A stretch of 64,000 nt of DNA from Hydrurus foetidus (GCA_900617105.1 UYFQ01000010.1:186001-250000), one strand, 5' to 3'. Counted from the first letter of the stretch, positions 31,523 to 43,658 are shown. Made by a program: numbers and translations. Notes: generated by a model from the letters alone, not told the origin.

Positions 31523-32500
31523 TTGGCTAAAAAGACATTTCTCGACTTTGAGCAGCCCATTGCCGAGCTCGAAGGCAAGATTGAAGAGTTGCGCTACGTG
31601 CAAAACGAGTCTGCGGTGGACATTTCCGCCGAGATCGACCAATTGAGCAAGAAGAGCCAGCAGCTCACCAAAGACATTTACAGTGATTTGACCCCTTGGC
31701 AAATCACCAAAATCGCGCGCCATGCTGAGCGTCCCTACACGCTGGACTATGTCAACGACATCTTCACGCATTTTGTAGAGCTGCATGGTGACCGCCACTT
31801 TGCCGACGACCTGAGCATCGTCGGCGGTTTGGCCCGCTTCAATGGCACGCCCTGCATGGTGCTGGGCCAGCAAAAAGGGCGCGACACCAAGGAACGTGGC
31901 CTGCGCAACTTCGGCATGAGCAAGCCCGAAGGCTACCGCAAGGCCCTGCGCTTAATGAAGCTGGCGGAGAAGTTCAAGCTGCCGGTGTTCACCTTTGTGG
32001 ATACGCCCGGTGCCTACCCCGGCATTGACGCCGAAGAGCGTGGCCAGTCGGAGGCCATCGGCCGCAATATTTTTGAGATGGCGCAGCTCGAAGTGCCCAT
32101 CATCACCACCATCATTGGCGAAGGCGGATCCGGCGGCGCGTTGGCCATCTCGGTGGCCGACCAGGTCATCATGCTGCAGTACGCGGTTTACTCGGTCATC
32201 AGCCCTGAAGGCTGCGCCTCCATCCTGTGGAAGACGTCCGAGAAGGCCCAGGAAGCGGCTGACGCGCTGGGCATCACGGCACACCGCCTTAAGGCCCTTG
32301 GCCTGGTGGACAAGATCGTCAACGAACCTGTGGGTGGCGCGCACCGCGATACCAAGCAGGCTGCGGCCTTCCTCAAGCGTGCATTGGCCGATGCCTACCG
32401 CCAGATCAGTGACCTCAAAGTCAAAGAGCTGTTGGACCGCCGCTACGATCGCCTGCAAAGCTACGGCCGCTTTACCGACACTAAGGCCACCGGCAAATAA
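31523..32500 (+). CDS. accA: Acetyl-CoA carboxylase carboxyltransferase alpha subunit
   Basis: TTG start after [30 protein letters not shown]. Confidence 0.97.
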   Translation: MAKKTFLDFEQPIAELEGKIEELRYVQNESAVDISAEIDQLSKKSQQLTKDIYSDLTPWQITKIARHAERPYTLDYVNDIFTHFVELHGDRHFADDLSIVGGLARFNGTPCMVLGQQKGRDTKERGLRNFGMSKPEGYRKALRLMKLAEKFKLPVFTFVDTPGAYPGIDAEERGQSEAIGRNIFEMAQLEVPIITTIIGEGGSGGALAISVADQVIMLQYAVYSVISPEGCASILWKTSEKAQEAADALGITAHRLKALGLVDKIVNEPVGGAHRDTKQAAAFLKRALADAYRQISDLKVKELLDRRYDRLQSYGRFTDTKATGK

Positions 32501-32530
32501 GCCGGGTGCACCGGCGACCTGCCGCACGCC

Positions 32531-33496
32531 ATGACCCAGTCACTGGATGCGGCCCTGCGGGCTTTTCAGCCCGCTTTGCCTTTGGGGGTGGCGTTCAGCG
32601 GTGGGGCAGATTCCACGGCCTTACTCATTGCCTGTGCGGCCAAATGGCCAAGGCAGGTGGTCGCCCTGCATGTAAACCACGGACTGCAAGCGGCCGCTGC
32701 AGATTTTGAATCCCATTGTGTAGCGCTGTGCGCCGAACTGGATGTGCCCTTGCGGGTGCTGAAGGTCGACGCGGGTCACGCGCCGGGCCAGAGCCCCGAA
32801 GACGCTGCCCGCATTGCCCGTTATATGGCTTTTAGTGCTCTAGCCCGCATGGAGAATGCGCAAGCAGCTATTAAATCCATAGCACTTGCACAACACGCAG
32901 ATGACCAGATCGAAACTTTGTTGTTGGCGCTGAGCCGTGGCGCGGGTCTGCGCGGCCTGAGCGCCATGCCGGCGCACTGGCAGCGTGACGGGCTAGTGTT
33001 TCATCGGCCGCTGCTGGAGGTGTCATCCGCGAATATTCGGGTGTGGCTGGCTGAGCGCGGTGCGGGCTTTGTGGAAGATCCGACCAACACCGACCAGCGC
33101 TTCACCCGCAACCGCATCCGCGCCCAATTGCTGCCTGCACTGGAGGCCGTGTTCCCTCAGTTTCGCGACACGCTGGCACGTAGCGCAGCCCATGCCGCCC
33201 AGGCGCAGGGGCTGTTGGAAGAGATGGCCGCGGCCGATTTGCAAACAGTGTGCCGTGCGGAAGATGGGCTGCCCGCGGTAAAAGCGCTGCAGGCCATGGG
33301 TAAGGCGCGGCAGGCCAATGTGTTGCGCCACTGGCTTGCCAAAGCCTATGGCGTGATTCCGAGTACGGCGCAATTGGCCGAGCTGCAGCAGCAGATCACG
33401 GCCTGCACCACGCGCGGCCATCGCATCCACATCAAGGTAGCGCAAGGTTTTGTGGAACGCAAAGGCCCGGTGCTGGCGTGGGCACGAGGTTTTTAG
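32531..33496 (+). CDS. tilS: tRNA(Ile)-lysidine synthetase
   Basis: SGGADS PP-loop, HADDQIET, RNRIR; follows accA. Confidence 0.95.
   Translation: MTQSLDAALRAFQPALPLGVAFSGGADSTALLIACAAKWPRQVVALHVNHGLQAAAADFESHCVALCAELDVPLRVLKVDAGHAPGQSPEDAARIARYMAFSALARMENAQAAIKSIALAQHADDQIETLLLALSRGAGLRGLSAMPAHWQRDGLVFHRPLLEVSSANIRVWLAERGAGFVEDPTNTDQRFTRNRIRAQLLPALEAVFPQFRDTLARSAAHAAQAQGLLEEMAAADLQTVCRAEDGLPAVKALQAMGKARQANVLRHWLAKAYGVIPSTAQLAELQQQITACTTRGHRIHIKVAQGFVERKGPVLAWARGF
32830..32884 (-). repeat. Dispersed fixed-spacing repeat, copy in-frame in tilS
   Basis: Reverse complement gctatggatttaatagc-tgctt-gcgc-attctccatgcgg-gctagag; encodes ALARMENAQAAIKSIA. Confidence 0.8.
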
Positions 33497-33552
33497 AGCG
33501 CGGTTTGGGAAAAATTGGCCCAGAGTCGTGCGATAATCTCGCCTGACCTTTA

Positions 33553-33645
33553 GGAGACGTGACCGAGTGGCCGAAGGTGCTCCCCTGCTAAGGGAGTATG
33601 GGGTGTAGAGCCTCATCGAGGGTTCGAATCCCTCCGTCTCCGCCA
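33553..33645 (+). tRNA. tRNA-Ser(GCT)
   Basis: GGAGACG acceptor stem, anticodon arm ctccc-ctGCTaa-gggag, long variable arm, GGTTCGAATCC, encoded CCA. Confidence 0.97.
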
Positions 33646-33650
33646 TATAA

Positions 33651-33686
33651 AAACCCCTAAGTGATTGATTCACTTAGGGTTTTTTG
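33651..33686 (+). terminator. Hairpin/terminator after tRNA-Ser
   Basis: aaacccctaagtga-ttgat-tcacttagggttttt. Confidence 0.65.
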
Positions 33687-33841
33687 GTTTTTGTGCTTTG
33701 GGATTTTGAGCAACCCACCATAGGACCCCACAAAGAAATTCTCTGTGTCTTGCTGCAAGCCGGAGTGATCGGCGGCAGTGTGCGGGGTGGGGCCCTCAGC
33801 AGCACATGAAAGTCCACATAAAGGACCGATTCCATGCAAAC

Positions 33842-33871
33842 AAAAAAGGCTGCCTGTGGGCAGCCTTTTTT
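33842..33871. terminator. Bidirectional intrinsic terminator
   Basis: aaaaaaggctgcc-tgtg-ggcagcctttttt. Confidence 0.8.
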
Positions 33872-33890
33872 ACTGATCATTGCATTGCGA

Positions 33891-34529
33891 TTAGAACGTA
33901 ATGCCCGCAGGGTTTGACGGAGCGGGCGCTGACGGAGTAACCGGTGCCGGTTCGGCCGCTTTGGCGGCTTCCCTCGGTAGCACTGCAGGCTTTTGCAGGG
34001 CAACCAGCGAGGTGGCAGTTGCGAACTTGTAGTTGCTGGGCAGCAGGGATGACTTGGGGTAGCCTGCTGCGTCCAAGTACTGCGACCATTCTGCGTCCGA
34101 AAAGCCTTTCAGACGTTGCCCCCCGATGGTGCCGAAGGGCAGGGAGTTTTCGCCGGCCAAACCTTGCAGAGCTTGCAGGTCTTCTGCGGTGGCAACCGAG
34201 CGTTCGGTGTAGGGCACGCCGCGGCCTTTGAGTAGGCTTCGGGCGGAGTCACAGGGCGCGCACTGCGCCGACGCGTACAGCGTCACCGGGTACTTGGAAA
34301 CTACCTGGCGCAGCTCATACGGCAGGTTGGAGCTGACAGCATCGGCGGCAGCCCCTCCGGTGCCGGTATTGGCGATCTTGCCCTTCTCGGCGGACGCCGG
34401 CGGTTTGTCTGAGAACGTGATTTTCCCGTCGGGGCCAACGATCTTGTAAACCGTCTGTCCATGGGCGGAGAAGGCAGCCAAAACCAGGGCCGAAGCGCCC
34501 AACCATGCGTGAATGTTGCGGTGTGTCAT
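33891..34529 (-). CDS. Secreted DUF4124/glutaredoxin-like protein
   Basis: Signal peptide, VYKIVGPDGKITFSDKPP, CAPC glutaredoxin-type motif. Confidence 0.8.
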   Translation of the reverse strand: MTHRNIHAWLGASALVLAAFSAHGQTVYKIVGPDGKITFSDKPPASAEKGKIANTGTGGAAADAVSSNLPYELRQVVSKYPVTLYASAQCAPCDSARSLLKGRGVPYTERSVATAEDLQALQGLAGENSLPFGTIGGQRLKGFSDAEWSQYLDAAGYPKSSLLPSNYKFATATSLVALQKPAVLPREAAKAAEPAPVTPSAPAPSNPAGITF

Positions 34530-34560
34530 AGGTCCAATCCTACGCGGTTGTCAGTCAAGC

Positions 34561-36618
34561 TCAGTGGGCGGTCATGCCCTGGTGCCGCAGCAACGCATCC
34601 AGCGAGGGCTCGCGCCCGCGGAACGCCTTGAACGACTCCATGGCAGGACGGCTGCCACCGGCCTCCAAAATAGCCATGCGATATTGTCTTCCGGTTTCGG
34701 GGTTGGGCAAGCCTTGGGCGTCGGCGCTTTCCTCAAAGGCGGCATAGGCGTCCGCACTCAGCACCTCGGCCCATTTGTAGCTGTAGTAGCCCGCGGCATA
34801 GCCACCCGCAAATATGTGGCTGAAGGTGTGTGCGGCACGGCTCCAAGCAGGGGGCCGTAGCACGGACACTTCGTGGCGCACCTGCTCCAGCAGGGGCATG
34901 AAGTCGTCGGCCGGGTTGTGTTCGGTGTGCAGCAGCATGTCGAACAGTGCAAACTCGATCTGGCGTAGGGTTTGCATGCCGCTTTGAAAGTTCTTGGCGG
35001 CCAGCATCTTGTCAAACAGTGCGCGGGGCAGGGCAGCACCGGTCTCTACATGCGCCGTCATGTGCTGCAGCACATTCCACTCCCAGCAAAAGTTTTCCAT
35101 GAATTGGCTGGGCAGCTCCACTGCATCCCACTCCACGCCGCTGATACCCGAGACATCGCGTTCGTTCACTTGCGTCAGCATGTGGTGCAGGCCGTGGCCG
35201 AATTCGTGGAACAGCGTGGTCACATCGTCGTGGGACAGCAGGGCGGGTTGCTTCACGCCATTCACTTCCACGCCTTCGGCAAAGTTGCACACCAGGTGGG
35301 CGACCGGGGTTTGCAATTGGCCGTTGTCTGGGCGCAGCCAGCGGGTACGCACATCGTCCATCCAGGCACCGCCGCGCTTGCCGCTGCGGGCCGTGGGATC
35401 GAGGTAGAACTGGCCGACCAGTTGCAAGCCCTGCGCGCCGCGGCGCTCGATGCGGTAGAAATGGACGCCCGCATTCCACACCGGTGCGCTGTCTTCGCTG
35501 ATTTCCACGTCGAACAGGGTTTCTACAATCTTGAATAAGCCCGCCAGCACCTTGGGCGCGGTGAAGTACTGCTTGACCTCCTGCTCGCTGAAGGCATAGC
35601 GCGCTTCCTTGAGCTTCTCGGATATGTAGGGCCAGTCCCAGGCTTGCGGGTCGTTCAGACCCAGATCCGTCATGGCGAAGGCGCGCAGGTCAGCAATATC
35701 CTGTTCGGCAAACGGGCGGGCCTTGCGGGCCAGATCGCGCAGAAACGTCACCACGGTGGCGGGGGAGTCCGCCATTTTGGGCACAACCGACAAGGCACCA
35801 AAGTTGGCAAAGCCCAGCAGATGCGCTTCTTCCTGGCGTAACGCCAAGATGTCGCGGATCACGGCCGTGTTGTCAAACTTGTGGAACTCAAGCGCCGCCT
35901 CGGTGGAGGCGCGGGTCACGTAGGCGCGGTACAGCGTGGCGCGCAGGGCGCTGCTCTTGGCAAACTGCATCACTGGCAGATAGCAAGGCATCTTCAGGGT
36001 GAGCTTGTAGCCCTCCTTGCCTTCGACCTGGGCGGCCGTGCGGGCGGCTTGCACTACATCGGGCGGCACGCCGTCCAGTTCAGCTTCGGCGGCGTAGTAG
36101 GCAAAGGCATCGGTGGCGTCCAGCGTGTTTTCGCTGAACTTCTGGCCCAGTTCGGCCTGCTTTTCCTGGATGGCGGCAAAGCGCTCGCGCTCTGTGCCCT
36201 GCAGCTCGGCACCGCCCAGCACAAAGTTGCGTACTGCGTTTTTGTGGGCTTGCAACTGCTCGGCGTTCAGGGTGTTGGTGTCGATGGCCTTGTATTTGGC
36301 GTACAGGCGTTCATCGGCGCCCAGGCGGGTCCAGAACTCGGTGACCTTGGGCAGAGCCGCGTTATACGCTCCGCGCAGCTCGGGGGTGTCGGCCACGCTG
36401 TTGAGGTGGCTGACCGCGCCCCAGGCCATGCCCAGTCGTTCGGTGGCCACGTCCAGTTCCCGCGCAATGGCATGCCAATCAGCAGGAAAGGCGGCTGCGG
36501 TGACCTTCTCCAGCGCCCGCTCGGCATGGACCAGCAGGTCGTCCATGGCGGGGAGCACATGCTCGGGAAGGATCTGGTCGAACAAGGGCAGGCCGGTGGC
36601 GCTTAACAGTGGATTCAT
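34561..36618 (-). CDS. prlC: Oligopeptidase A (M3 metallopeptidase)
   Basis: FHEFGHGLHH zinc motif, VELPSQFMEN, GYAAGYYSYKWAE. Confidence 0.95.
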   Translation of the reverse strand: MNPLLSATGLPLFDQILPEHVLPAMDDLLVHAERALEKVTAAAFPADWHAIARELDVATERLGMAWGAVSHLNSVADTPELRGAYNAALPKVTEFWTRLGADERLYAKYKAIDTNTLNAEQLQAHKNAVRNFVLGGAELQGTERERFAAIQEKQAELGQKFSENTLDATDAFAYYAAEAELDGVPPDVVQAARTAAQVEGKEGYKLTLKMPCYLPVMQFAKSSALRATLYRAYVTRASTEAALEFHKFDNTAVIRDILALRQEEAHLLGFANFGALSVVPKMADSPATVVTFLRDLARKARPFAEQDIADLRAFAMTDLGLNDPQAWDWPYISEKLKEARYAFSEQEVKQYFTAPKVLAGLFKIVETLFDVEISEDSAPVWNAGVHFYRIERRGAQGLQLVGQFYLDPTARSGKRGGAWMDDVRTRWLRPDNGQLQTPVAHLVCNFAEGVEVNGVKQPALLSHDDVTTLFHEFGHGLHHMLTQVNERDVSGISGVEWDAVELPSQFMENFCWEWNVLQHMTAHVETGAALPRALFDKMLAAKNFQSGMQTLRQIEFALFDMLLHTEHNPADDFMPLLEQVRHEVSVLRPPAWSRAAHTFSHIFAGGYAAGYYSYKWAEVLSADAYAAFEESADAQGLPNPETGRQYRMAILEAGGSRPAMESFKAFRGREPSLDALLRHQGMTAH

Positions 36619-36669
36619 GGGAAAAGGCTCAGAGAAAAGACATGAAAACTAGGTGGGGACAGGCCTGGC

Positions 36670-37559
36670 TTATGCAAGCCCGCGCAGGGTTGCATCCCGC
36701 TCTGCCGCTTCCAACGTATTGACCAGCAGCATGGTGATGGTCATGGGGCCCACACCGCCGGGCACCGGGGTGATGTAACCCGCCACTTGACTGACACCGG
36801 CGAAGTCCACGTCGCCACACAGCTTGCCCGCATCGTCCCGGTTCATGCCCACGTCGATCACAACCGCACCGGGTTTGACCATGTCGGCGGTCAGCACGTT
36901 GCGTTTGCCGACTGCGGCGACGATCACGTCGGCTTGCAGCGTCATGGCCCTGAGGTCGGGCGTGCCGCTGTGGCAGATGGTGACGGTGGCGTTTTGCTGC
37001 AACAACATCATGGCCATGGGCTTGCCCACGATGTTGGAGCGGCCAATCACGACCGCGTGCTTGCCACGCAAGTTGTAGCCAATGCTCTCCAGCATCTTCA
37101 TGCAGCCATAGGGTGTGCAGGGCCAGAAGCCGGGTTGGCCCACCATCAGCGCACCCGCGCTGGCCACGTGGAAGCCGTCCACATCCTTGGCTGGAGAAAT
37201 GGCCTCGATGACCTTGTGCGCGTCAATGTGGGCGGGCAGGGGTAGTTGCACCAAGATGCCGTGGATTTGGGGATTGTTGTTCAGCGCGTCCACACGGGCC
37301 AGCAGTTCGGCTTCCGTCATCGTGGCGTCGTACTTTTCCAGCACGGAGTGCAGGCCGGCGTCTGTACAGGCTTTGACCTTGTTGCGCACATACACCTGCG
37401 AGGCCTGGTTCTCGCCCACCAGCACCACTGCCAGGCCCGGCGTGATGCCGCGGCTTTGAGGGCAGCCGCGCGTCTGGCGACGTCAAGGCGCAGTTGCTTG
37501 GACAGGGCGTTGCCGTCGATGAGTTGGGCTGGTGGAGGCGGTGATGGTTGTGTCTTCAA
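36670..37559 (-). CDS. folD: Methylenetetrahydrofolate dehydrogenase/cyclohydrolase, frameshift near 37450
   Basis: [10 protein letters not shown]-terminus is in a different frame from [24 protein letters not shown]; start unclear. Confidence 0.9.
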
Positions 37560-37618
37560 GTAAAAACGCCCGTCAGCCTAAGGCAACGGGCGCGAGTGTG
37601 CTATAAAAAATGGAAGCG
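37557..37618 (-). repeat. Dispersed fixed-spacing repeat, degenerate intergenic copy
   Basis: Minus strand gcttccattttttatagc-acactc-gcgc-ccgttgccttag-gct; spacing off by one base, in an indel-rich patch. Confidence 0.5.
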
Positions 37619-38240
37619 TCAGGCCTTGGCTGCGTTCTGGCCCAAGGCAATTTTGAGCAGATCGGCCACCGTGTTGGCGCTGAGTTTTTCCATGATGTTG
37701 GCGCGGTGCGCCTCCACTGTCTTGATGCTGATGCCCAGGTCGTCGGCGATCTGCTTGTTCAGGCGTCCGGCCACGATGCGTTCCAGCACTTGGCTTTCGC
37801 GCAGCGTGAGCTTGGAGAGCAGGGCGTCGCGGCTGACTGCCTCTGGTAGTCAGCAAACGTGTCCTTGGCGTGGTCCAGCATGCGTTCCACCAAGCTGACC
37901 AGCTGGTCTTCCTTGAAGGGCTTCTGGATGAAATCCATCGCACCTTTTTTCATGGTGTCCACCGCCATCGGCACATCGCCGTGGCCGGTGATAAACACGA
38001 TGGGCAGGGGGATTTGCGCTCAATCAGACGTCTTGCAGCTCAAGGCCGGTCATGCCACCCATGCGGATGTCGACAATCAGGCAGGCGACTTCGCGGGCGT
38101 CGTAGCGGCTTAGGAAAGATTCAGCCGAGTCGTAGCAGCGCACCCGGTAGTCTTTGCCTTCTAGCAGCCATTGCAGGAGTCGCGCACGCTTCGTCGTCAT
38201 CAACGACGTAAACGGTGCCTTTTTTGGGAATCAAGCTCAT
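37619..38240 (-). CDS. FixJ/LuxR-family response regulator (several apparent frameshifts)
   Basis: Fragments MSLIPKKGTVYVVDDDE, FITGHGDVPMAVDTMKKGAMDFIQKPF and the HTH region (NKQIADDLGISIKTVEAHRANIMEK) lie in different frames. Confidence 0.85.
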
Positions 38241-38281
38241 TCAGTTATCCGGGTTGGGTTGGGGGGGGTTCTTACTGTAAG

Positions 38282-40779
38282 TCAGAGCGCCGATAGGGTC
38301 AGGGGTAGCCAGAAGGAGAATCGGCACCCGACACTTCTGTGCCATTGTAGATGTTCTCTGCATCAGCCGCCCCTGGTGCGACTCGATGATGGTGCGGCAA
38401 AACTCAGGCCAATGCCCATGCCTTCAGCCTTGGTGGAATAAGAACGCTTCGTACAGCCGCGCCATCACCTCGGGCGACAAGCCCTTGCCAGTGTCCTGCA
38501 CCGAAAACTCCACCACCGCTTGTTGTCAATCACTTTCGGCACCACCCGCAGTTCGACACTGCGGCGCGCGGTGGGCAGCGGCATGTCAATTGACTCGGCG
38601 GCGTTCTTCAGCAAATTCACCAGCACCTGCTCAATCAAAATCGGGTCCACCATGCATTTGGCAAGCGCGCTGCTATGTAGTGGTTCAGGCGCACATTGAA
38701 ACGGCGCAGTTCGATTTCCGCCAACTCCACGGCCTCGGCCACCATGGTGGAGACCTCGGACATGGTGCGGTTGGGCTCGCTGCGTTTCACGAAGGAGCGG
38801 ATGCGCTGGATGATCTGGCCAGCCCGCTGTGCCTGTTTGGCTGTTTTCTCCAGTGCCACCAGCAGGTCTTCTTCGGAGATCTGCTTGTCCTTGATGCGCG
38901 AGACCATGCCATTGCAGTAGTTGTTGATGGCGGTCAGCGGCTGGTTCAGCTCGTGGGCCACGCTGGAGGCCATCTCACCCATGGTGATCAGGCGGCTGGA
39001 GGTCTGCGCCCGCTCGGCTTGGGTGGCGGCTTGTTCTTCAGCCAGGCGGCGGGTGGTGATGTCGGTGGCAATCACCATCTGGGCCAGGCGGCCATCCACC
39101 CAGCTCAGGTAGCGCGTGCGCACCTCCAGCCACTTGCCCAGGGCGGTGATGAAAATCTCGGCGCTTTCAGAGTCGCTATCGGTCAGGCTGTCGGTGGGCA
39201 AACCAGCCAGGCCATCCACTTCGTCCATGGCGTCGCCAGTGGGGGCGGCAGCGGGCACGCCGGCTTGGGCCACCAGTTGCAGGTGGCCACCAGCCTGCAC
39301 GCCAAACCATTGGCGGTACAGCTTGTTGGCAAACAGCAGCTCGTCGCTGCCCAAGGGCGCCACAGAGATGGACGCGTCCAACGCCTCCAGCACCGTGGTG
39401 AAGCGCTGGTGTGAGGCCGACAACTGCTCGCGCACTCGGTTGGGCTCGGTGATGTCGGTCATGGAGGTGACCCAGCCGGTTTGCGTACCCATGGCATCAA
39501 TCAGCGGCGACACATACAGGCGGGCGTCAAACAGCGTGTTGTCGCGGCGTTTCACTCGCACCTGGATGCCGCCAGGTGCGGTGTTGCTGTGCATTTCTTC
39601 TTCCAGGCGCGAGGCCATGTGCTCCCGGTCGCCATCGGGCCAGTAGGGGAAGGGGGCGGTGCGGCCCACCAGGTCCGACTCGGTCCAGCCCGTCATCTGG
39701 CAGAAGGCTGCGTTCACATAGGTGATGCGCCCCTGCAAGTCCATGGCGCGCATGCCGGTGAGCATGGAGTTCTCCATGGCACGGCGGAAGTTGGTCTCCG
39801 ACATTAGCGCCTGCTGCGCCTGCACGCGCCGGCGTGTGTGGCGCCAATTGGCAATCAGCATCCAGGCGGTCATTACGCTCAGGGCACTGACCAGCCAGAA
39901 CAGGCCGCTGCCAATGACCCCCAGCGAAGCGCGGTAGGCCTGGGCCCGAATGACCAGCCCGCCGCCCACGGGTGACACGGCCATGGAGTATTCGTTGGCC
40001 GGGTTGGACCAGGGCAGGAAGCGGCCCACCAGCTTGCGGGCGGGCATGTTGGTGCCCGCCAGCAATGCGCCGTTGGCGTCCTGCAGAGACACGGCGTAGC
40101 GGGCCGACACCTCGGAAGGCACACCGTAGCGGTACAGGCCATCCACCGAGTACTCGGTGATCAGCACCCCGCCAAAGCGGCCACGGTCGCTCAGCGGGAT
40201 GAACATTTGCAGCAGCGGCGCCTCTTCCTTGCCCAGTGGATGCTGGACGTAAACGGGCTGGTTCACCTCGCGGGTGAGCGAAAAGCCGCTCTCGCGTTGG
40301 CTTTTTCCCAGTACGTCGCCCGAGGTTTGCAGCGGGCCGCTGGCAATCACTCCCATGCCCTGGCTGGCGCGGGTGCGGCGTTTGTCATCGATCCAGGCCA
40401 TGCCTTGCACTTCGGGGTACTGGTCCATCATGCTGGCCGCGCGCATGCGGAAGTCGTCCGGGTCCAACTCCCGGCCGGACACCTCGCGTGCAATGCGCAT
40501 GATCTGCTCTTGCCGTTCCAGCAGGCGCAGGCGCAGGCGCTGTTGGGTGTATTCCACATCGCGCTGCACCGCCTCTTGCTCGCGGTCCATTTCTTCCAAG
40601 CGCAGGTAACCCAAGGCGGCCACGATGGCGGCAAAAAACAGCATCACGGCGGCCAGCGGGGCCAGCATGGCCACACGGTCCTGGCGGTGCGGGGTAAGCC
40701 GCTGCCACCACCTGCGCGCGCCGCCCACCGTGGGTAACGCGAGGGGTTTCGAGATAGAAATTACTTTGTAAAACGGCAT
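38282..40779 (-). CDS. PAS-domain sensor histidine kinase (C-terminus frameshifted)
   Basis: TM segments, PAS, GEMASSVAHELNQPL H-box; HATPase fragments (EQVLVNLLKNA, GMGIGL, CRFSFWLP) split across frames; end approximate. Confidence 0.85.
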
Positions 40780-40949
40780 GGTCCAAGTGTAGGGGACGGG
40801 CCCGCTGCCCCGAAGAAGCGTAGGTTACATGCCGCATCATTAAAGTTCATTATGTGAAATGACTAAGCATGATTTGAAATTCGCAAATAAATATGAGAAA
40901 CTAAGGTTAGCGCACTAAATTACGCCAAAGCACCTAGAAGGAGACATCG

Positions 40950-42879
40950 ATGGCAGCAGTTCCCCAAAACCCTTTGGGTACGTCCGACGTGGACGGTCAG
41001 GAAACCCGTGAATGGATGGACGCTTTAAGCGCTGTCATTGAAACCGAAGGCCCCGAGCGCGCCCATTTTTTACTGGAGCAGCTGCTGGAGCATGCCCGCC
41101 AGAAGAGCATCGACATGCCTTTCTCGGCCAACACCGGCTATGTGAACACCATTGAGCCCTCTGAAGAAGAGCGCTCCCCCGGCAACCTGGAAATTGAAGA
41201 ACGCCTGCGCGCCTACATGCGCTGGAACGCCATGGCCATGGTGGTCAAGGCCAATCGCCACCACCCGGTGGACGGTGGCGACTTGGGCGGTCACATCGGT
41301 TCGTTTGCCTCGCTGGCCAGCCTGTTTGGCGCCGGCTTCAACCACTTCTGGCACGCCGAGAGCGAAGGCCATGGTGGTGATTGCCTGTATATCCAGGGCC
41401 ACGTGTCGCCCGGCGTGTACGCCCGCGCCTACCTGGAAGGTCGCCTGACCGAAGAGCAACTGCTGAACTTCCGCCAGGAAGTGGATGGCAAGGGCCTCTC
41501 CAGCTACCCGCACCCCAAGCTGATGCCCGAGTTCTGGCAGTTCCCCACCGTGTCCATGGGTCTCGGTCCGTTGATGGCGATCTACCAAGCGCGTTTCCTG
41601 AAGTACCTGCACGCCCGTGGCATTGCCAATACCGAAAACCGCAAGGTTTGGGTGTTCTGCGGTGACGGCGAAATGGACGAAGTGGAAAGCTTGGGCGCGA
41701 TTGGCCTGGCCGCGCGTGAGAAGCTGGACAACCTGGTGTTCGTCATCAACTGCAACCTGCAGCGCCTGGACGGCCCGGTGCGCGGCAACGGCAAGATCGT
41801 GCAAGAGCTGGAAGGCGAATTCCGCGGCGCGGGCTGGAACGTGATCAAGCTGCTGTGGGGCTCCGGTTGGGATGCTCTGCTGGCGCGCGACAAGGAAGGC
41901 GCCCTGAAGAAGCTGATGATGGACACGCTGGACGGCGACTACCAGGCCATGAAGGCCAACGACGGTGCCTACGTGCGCAAGCATTTCTTCGGCAAAGACC
42001 CACGCACGCTGGAGATGGTGTCCAAGATGTCGGACGAAGAGATCTTCGACCTGCGCCGTGGTGGCCACGACTCCAAGAAGGTGTACGCCGCCTTCCACAA
42101 GGCTGTGAACCACAAAGACCAGCCCACCGTACTGCTGATCAAGACCGTCAAGGGTTTTGGCATGGGCAAGTCGGGTGAAGGCAAAAACACCGTGCACCAG
42201 ACCAAGAAGTTGACCGACGAGGACATCAAGGCCTTCCGCGACCGCTTCAACATTCCCGTGCCGGACAGCGATCTGCCCAATGTGCCGTTCTACAAGCCGG
42301 CAGACGACACCCCGGAAATGAAGTACCTGCACGAGCGCCGCAAGGCCTTGGGCGGCTACCTGCCACACCGCCGCACCAAGTCGGATGAGCAGTTCACCGT
42401 ACCCTCGCTGGACACCTTCAAGGCGGTGATTGAGCCTACGGCCGAAGGTCGCGAAATCTCCACCACGCAGGCCTATGTGCGTTTCCTGACCCAGTTGCTA
42501 CGCGACCAGGCCCTGGGCCCGCGCGTGGTGCCGATTCTGGTGGACGAGGCCCGTACCTTTGGTATGGAAGGCCTGTTCCGCCAAGTGGGTATCTACAACC
42601 CCGAAGGCCAGAAGTACACCCCGGTCGACAAAGACCAGGTCATGTACTACAAGGAAGACAAGGCAGGCCAGATCCTGCAAGAAGGCATCAACGAAGCCGG
42701 TGGCATGAGCAGCTGGATTGCTGCGGCGACCAGCTACAGCACCAGCAACCGGATCATGATCCCGTTCTACGTGTACTACTCGATGTTCGGCTTCCAGCGT
42801 ATTGGCGATCTGGCCTGGGCGGCGGGTGACATGCAGGCACGCGGCTTCCTGTTGGGCGGCACATCAGGGCGCACCACGC

Positions 42880-42914
<35 letters not shown>

Positions 42915-43658
42915 AGCCACATCATGGCCGGCACGATTCCCAACTGCGTCAGCTACGACCCCACCTTCGCACACGAAGTGGGTGTCATCCTGCACCATGG
43001 CCTGAAGCGCATGGTGGAGAAGCAGGACAACGTCTACTACTACCTGACGTTGTTGAACGAAAACTACCCTATGCCCGGCCTGAAGTCGGGCACCGAAGAG
43101 CAGATCATCAAGGGCATGTACCTGTGCAAGGAAGGCCCTGCGTTGACCAAGAAGGCACCGCGTGTGCAACTGCTGGGCTCGGGCACCATCCTGCGCGAAA
43201 GCATTGCGGCGCAAGAGCTGCTGGAGAAGGAATGGGGCGTGGGTGCTGATGTGTGGAGCTGCCCAAGCTTCAACGAGCTGACCCGCGACGGCCAGGACGC
43301 CGACCGCTGGAACCTGCTGCACCCGCTGGAAACAGCACGTGTGTCTTTCGTCGAAGAGCAGCTCGGCAAGTCCACCGGCCCCGTGGTCGCGTCTACCGAC
43401 TACATGAAGGCCTATGCCGAGCAGATCCGCCCCTTCATTCCCAAGGGCCGCACCTACAAGGTGCTGGGTACTGACGGCTTTGGCCGCTCCGACTTCCGCA
43501 GCAAGCTGCGCGAGCACTTTGAGGTGAACCGCCACTACATCGTGGTTGCCGCCCTGAAGGCCTTGAGCGAAGACGGCACCGTGCCCGTGGACAAGGTGGC
43601 AGAGGCCATCAAGAAGTACGGCATCAACGCCGACAAAGTGAACCCGCTGTATGCCTGA
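40950..43658 (+). CDS. aceE: Pyruvate dehydrogenase E1 (homodimeric)
   Basis: GLSSYPHP, FPTVSMGLGP, GDGEMDE, GEGLQHEDGHSH. Confidence 0.98.

Noticed and set aside
33023..33673. 216-aa minus-strand ORF
   Set aside because: Antisense to tilS and tRNA-Ser; spurious.
37619..38660. Programmed frameshifting or true pseudogenisation of the two-component system
   Set aside because: Numerous scattered homopolymer deletions across three genes fit sequencing error better.
40830..40940. Specific regulator sites in the AT-rich aceE/kinase divergent promoter
   Set aside because: Imperfect palindromes (ttcattatgtgaa, atttgaaattcgcaaat) exist but cannot be assigned to a factor from sequence alone.
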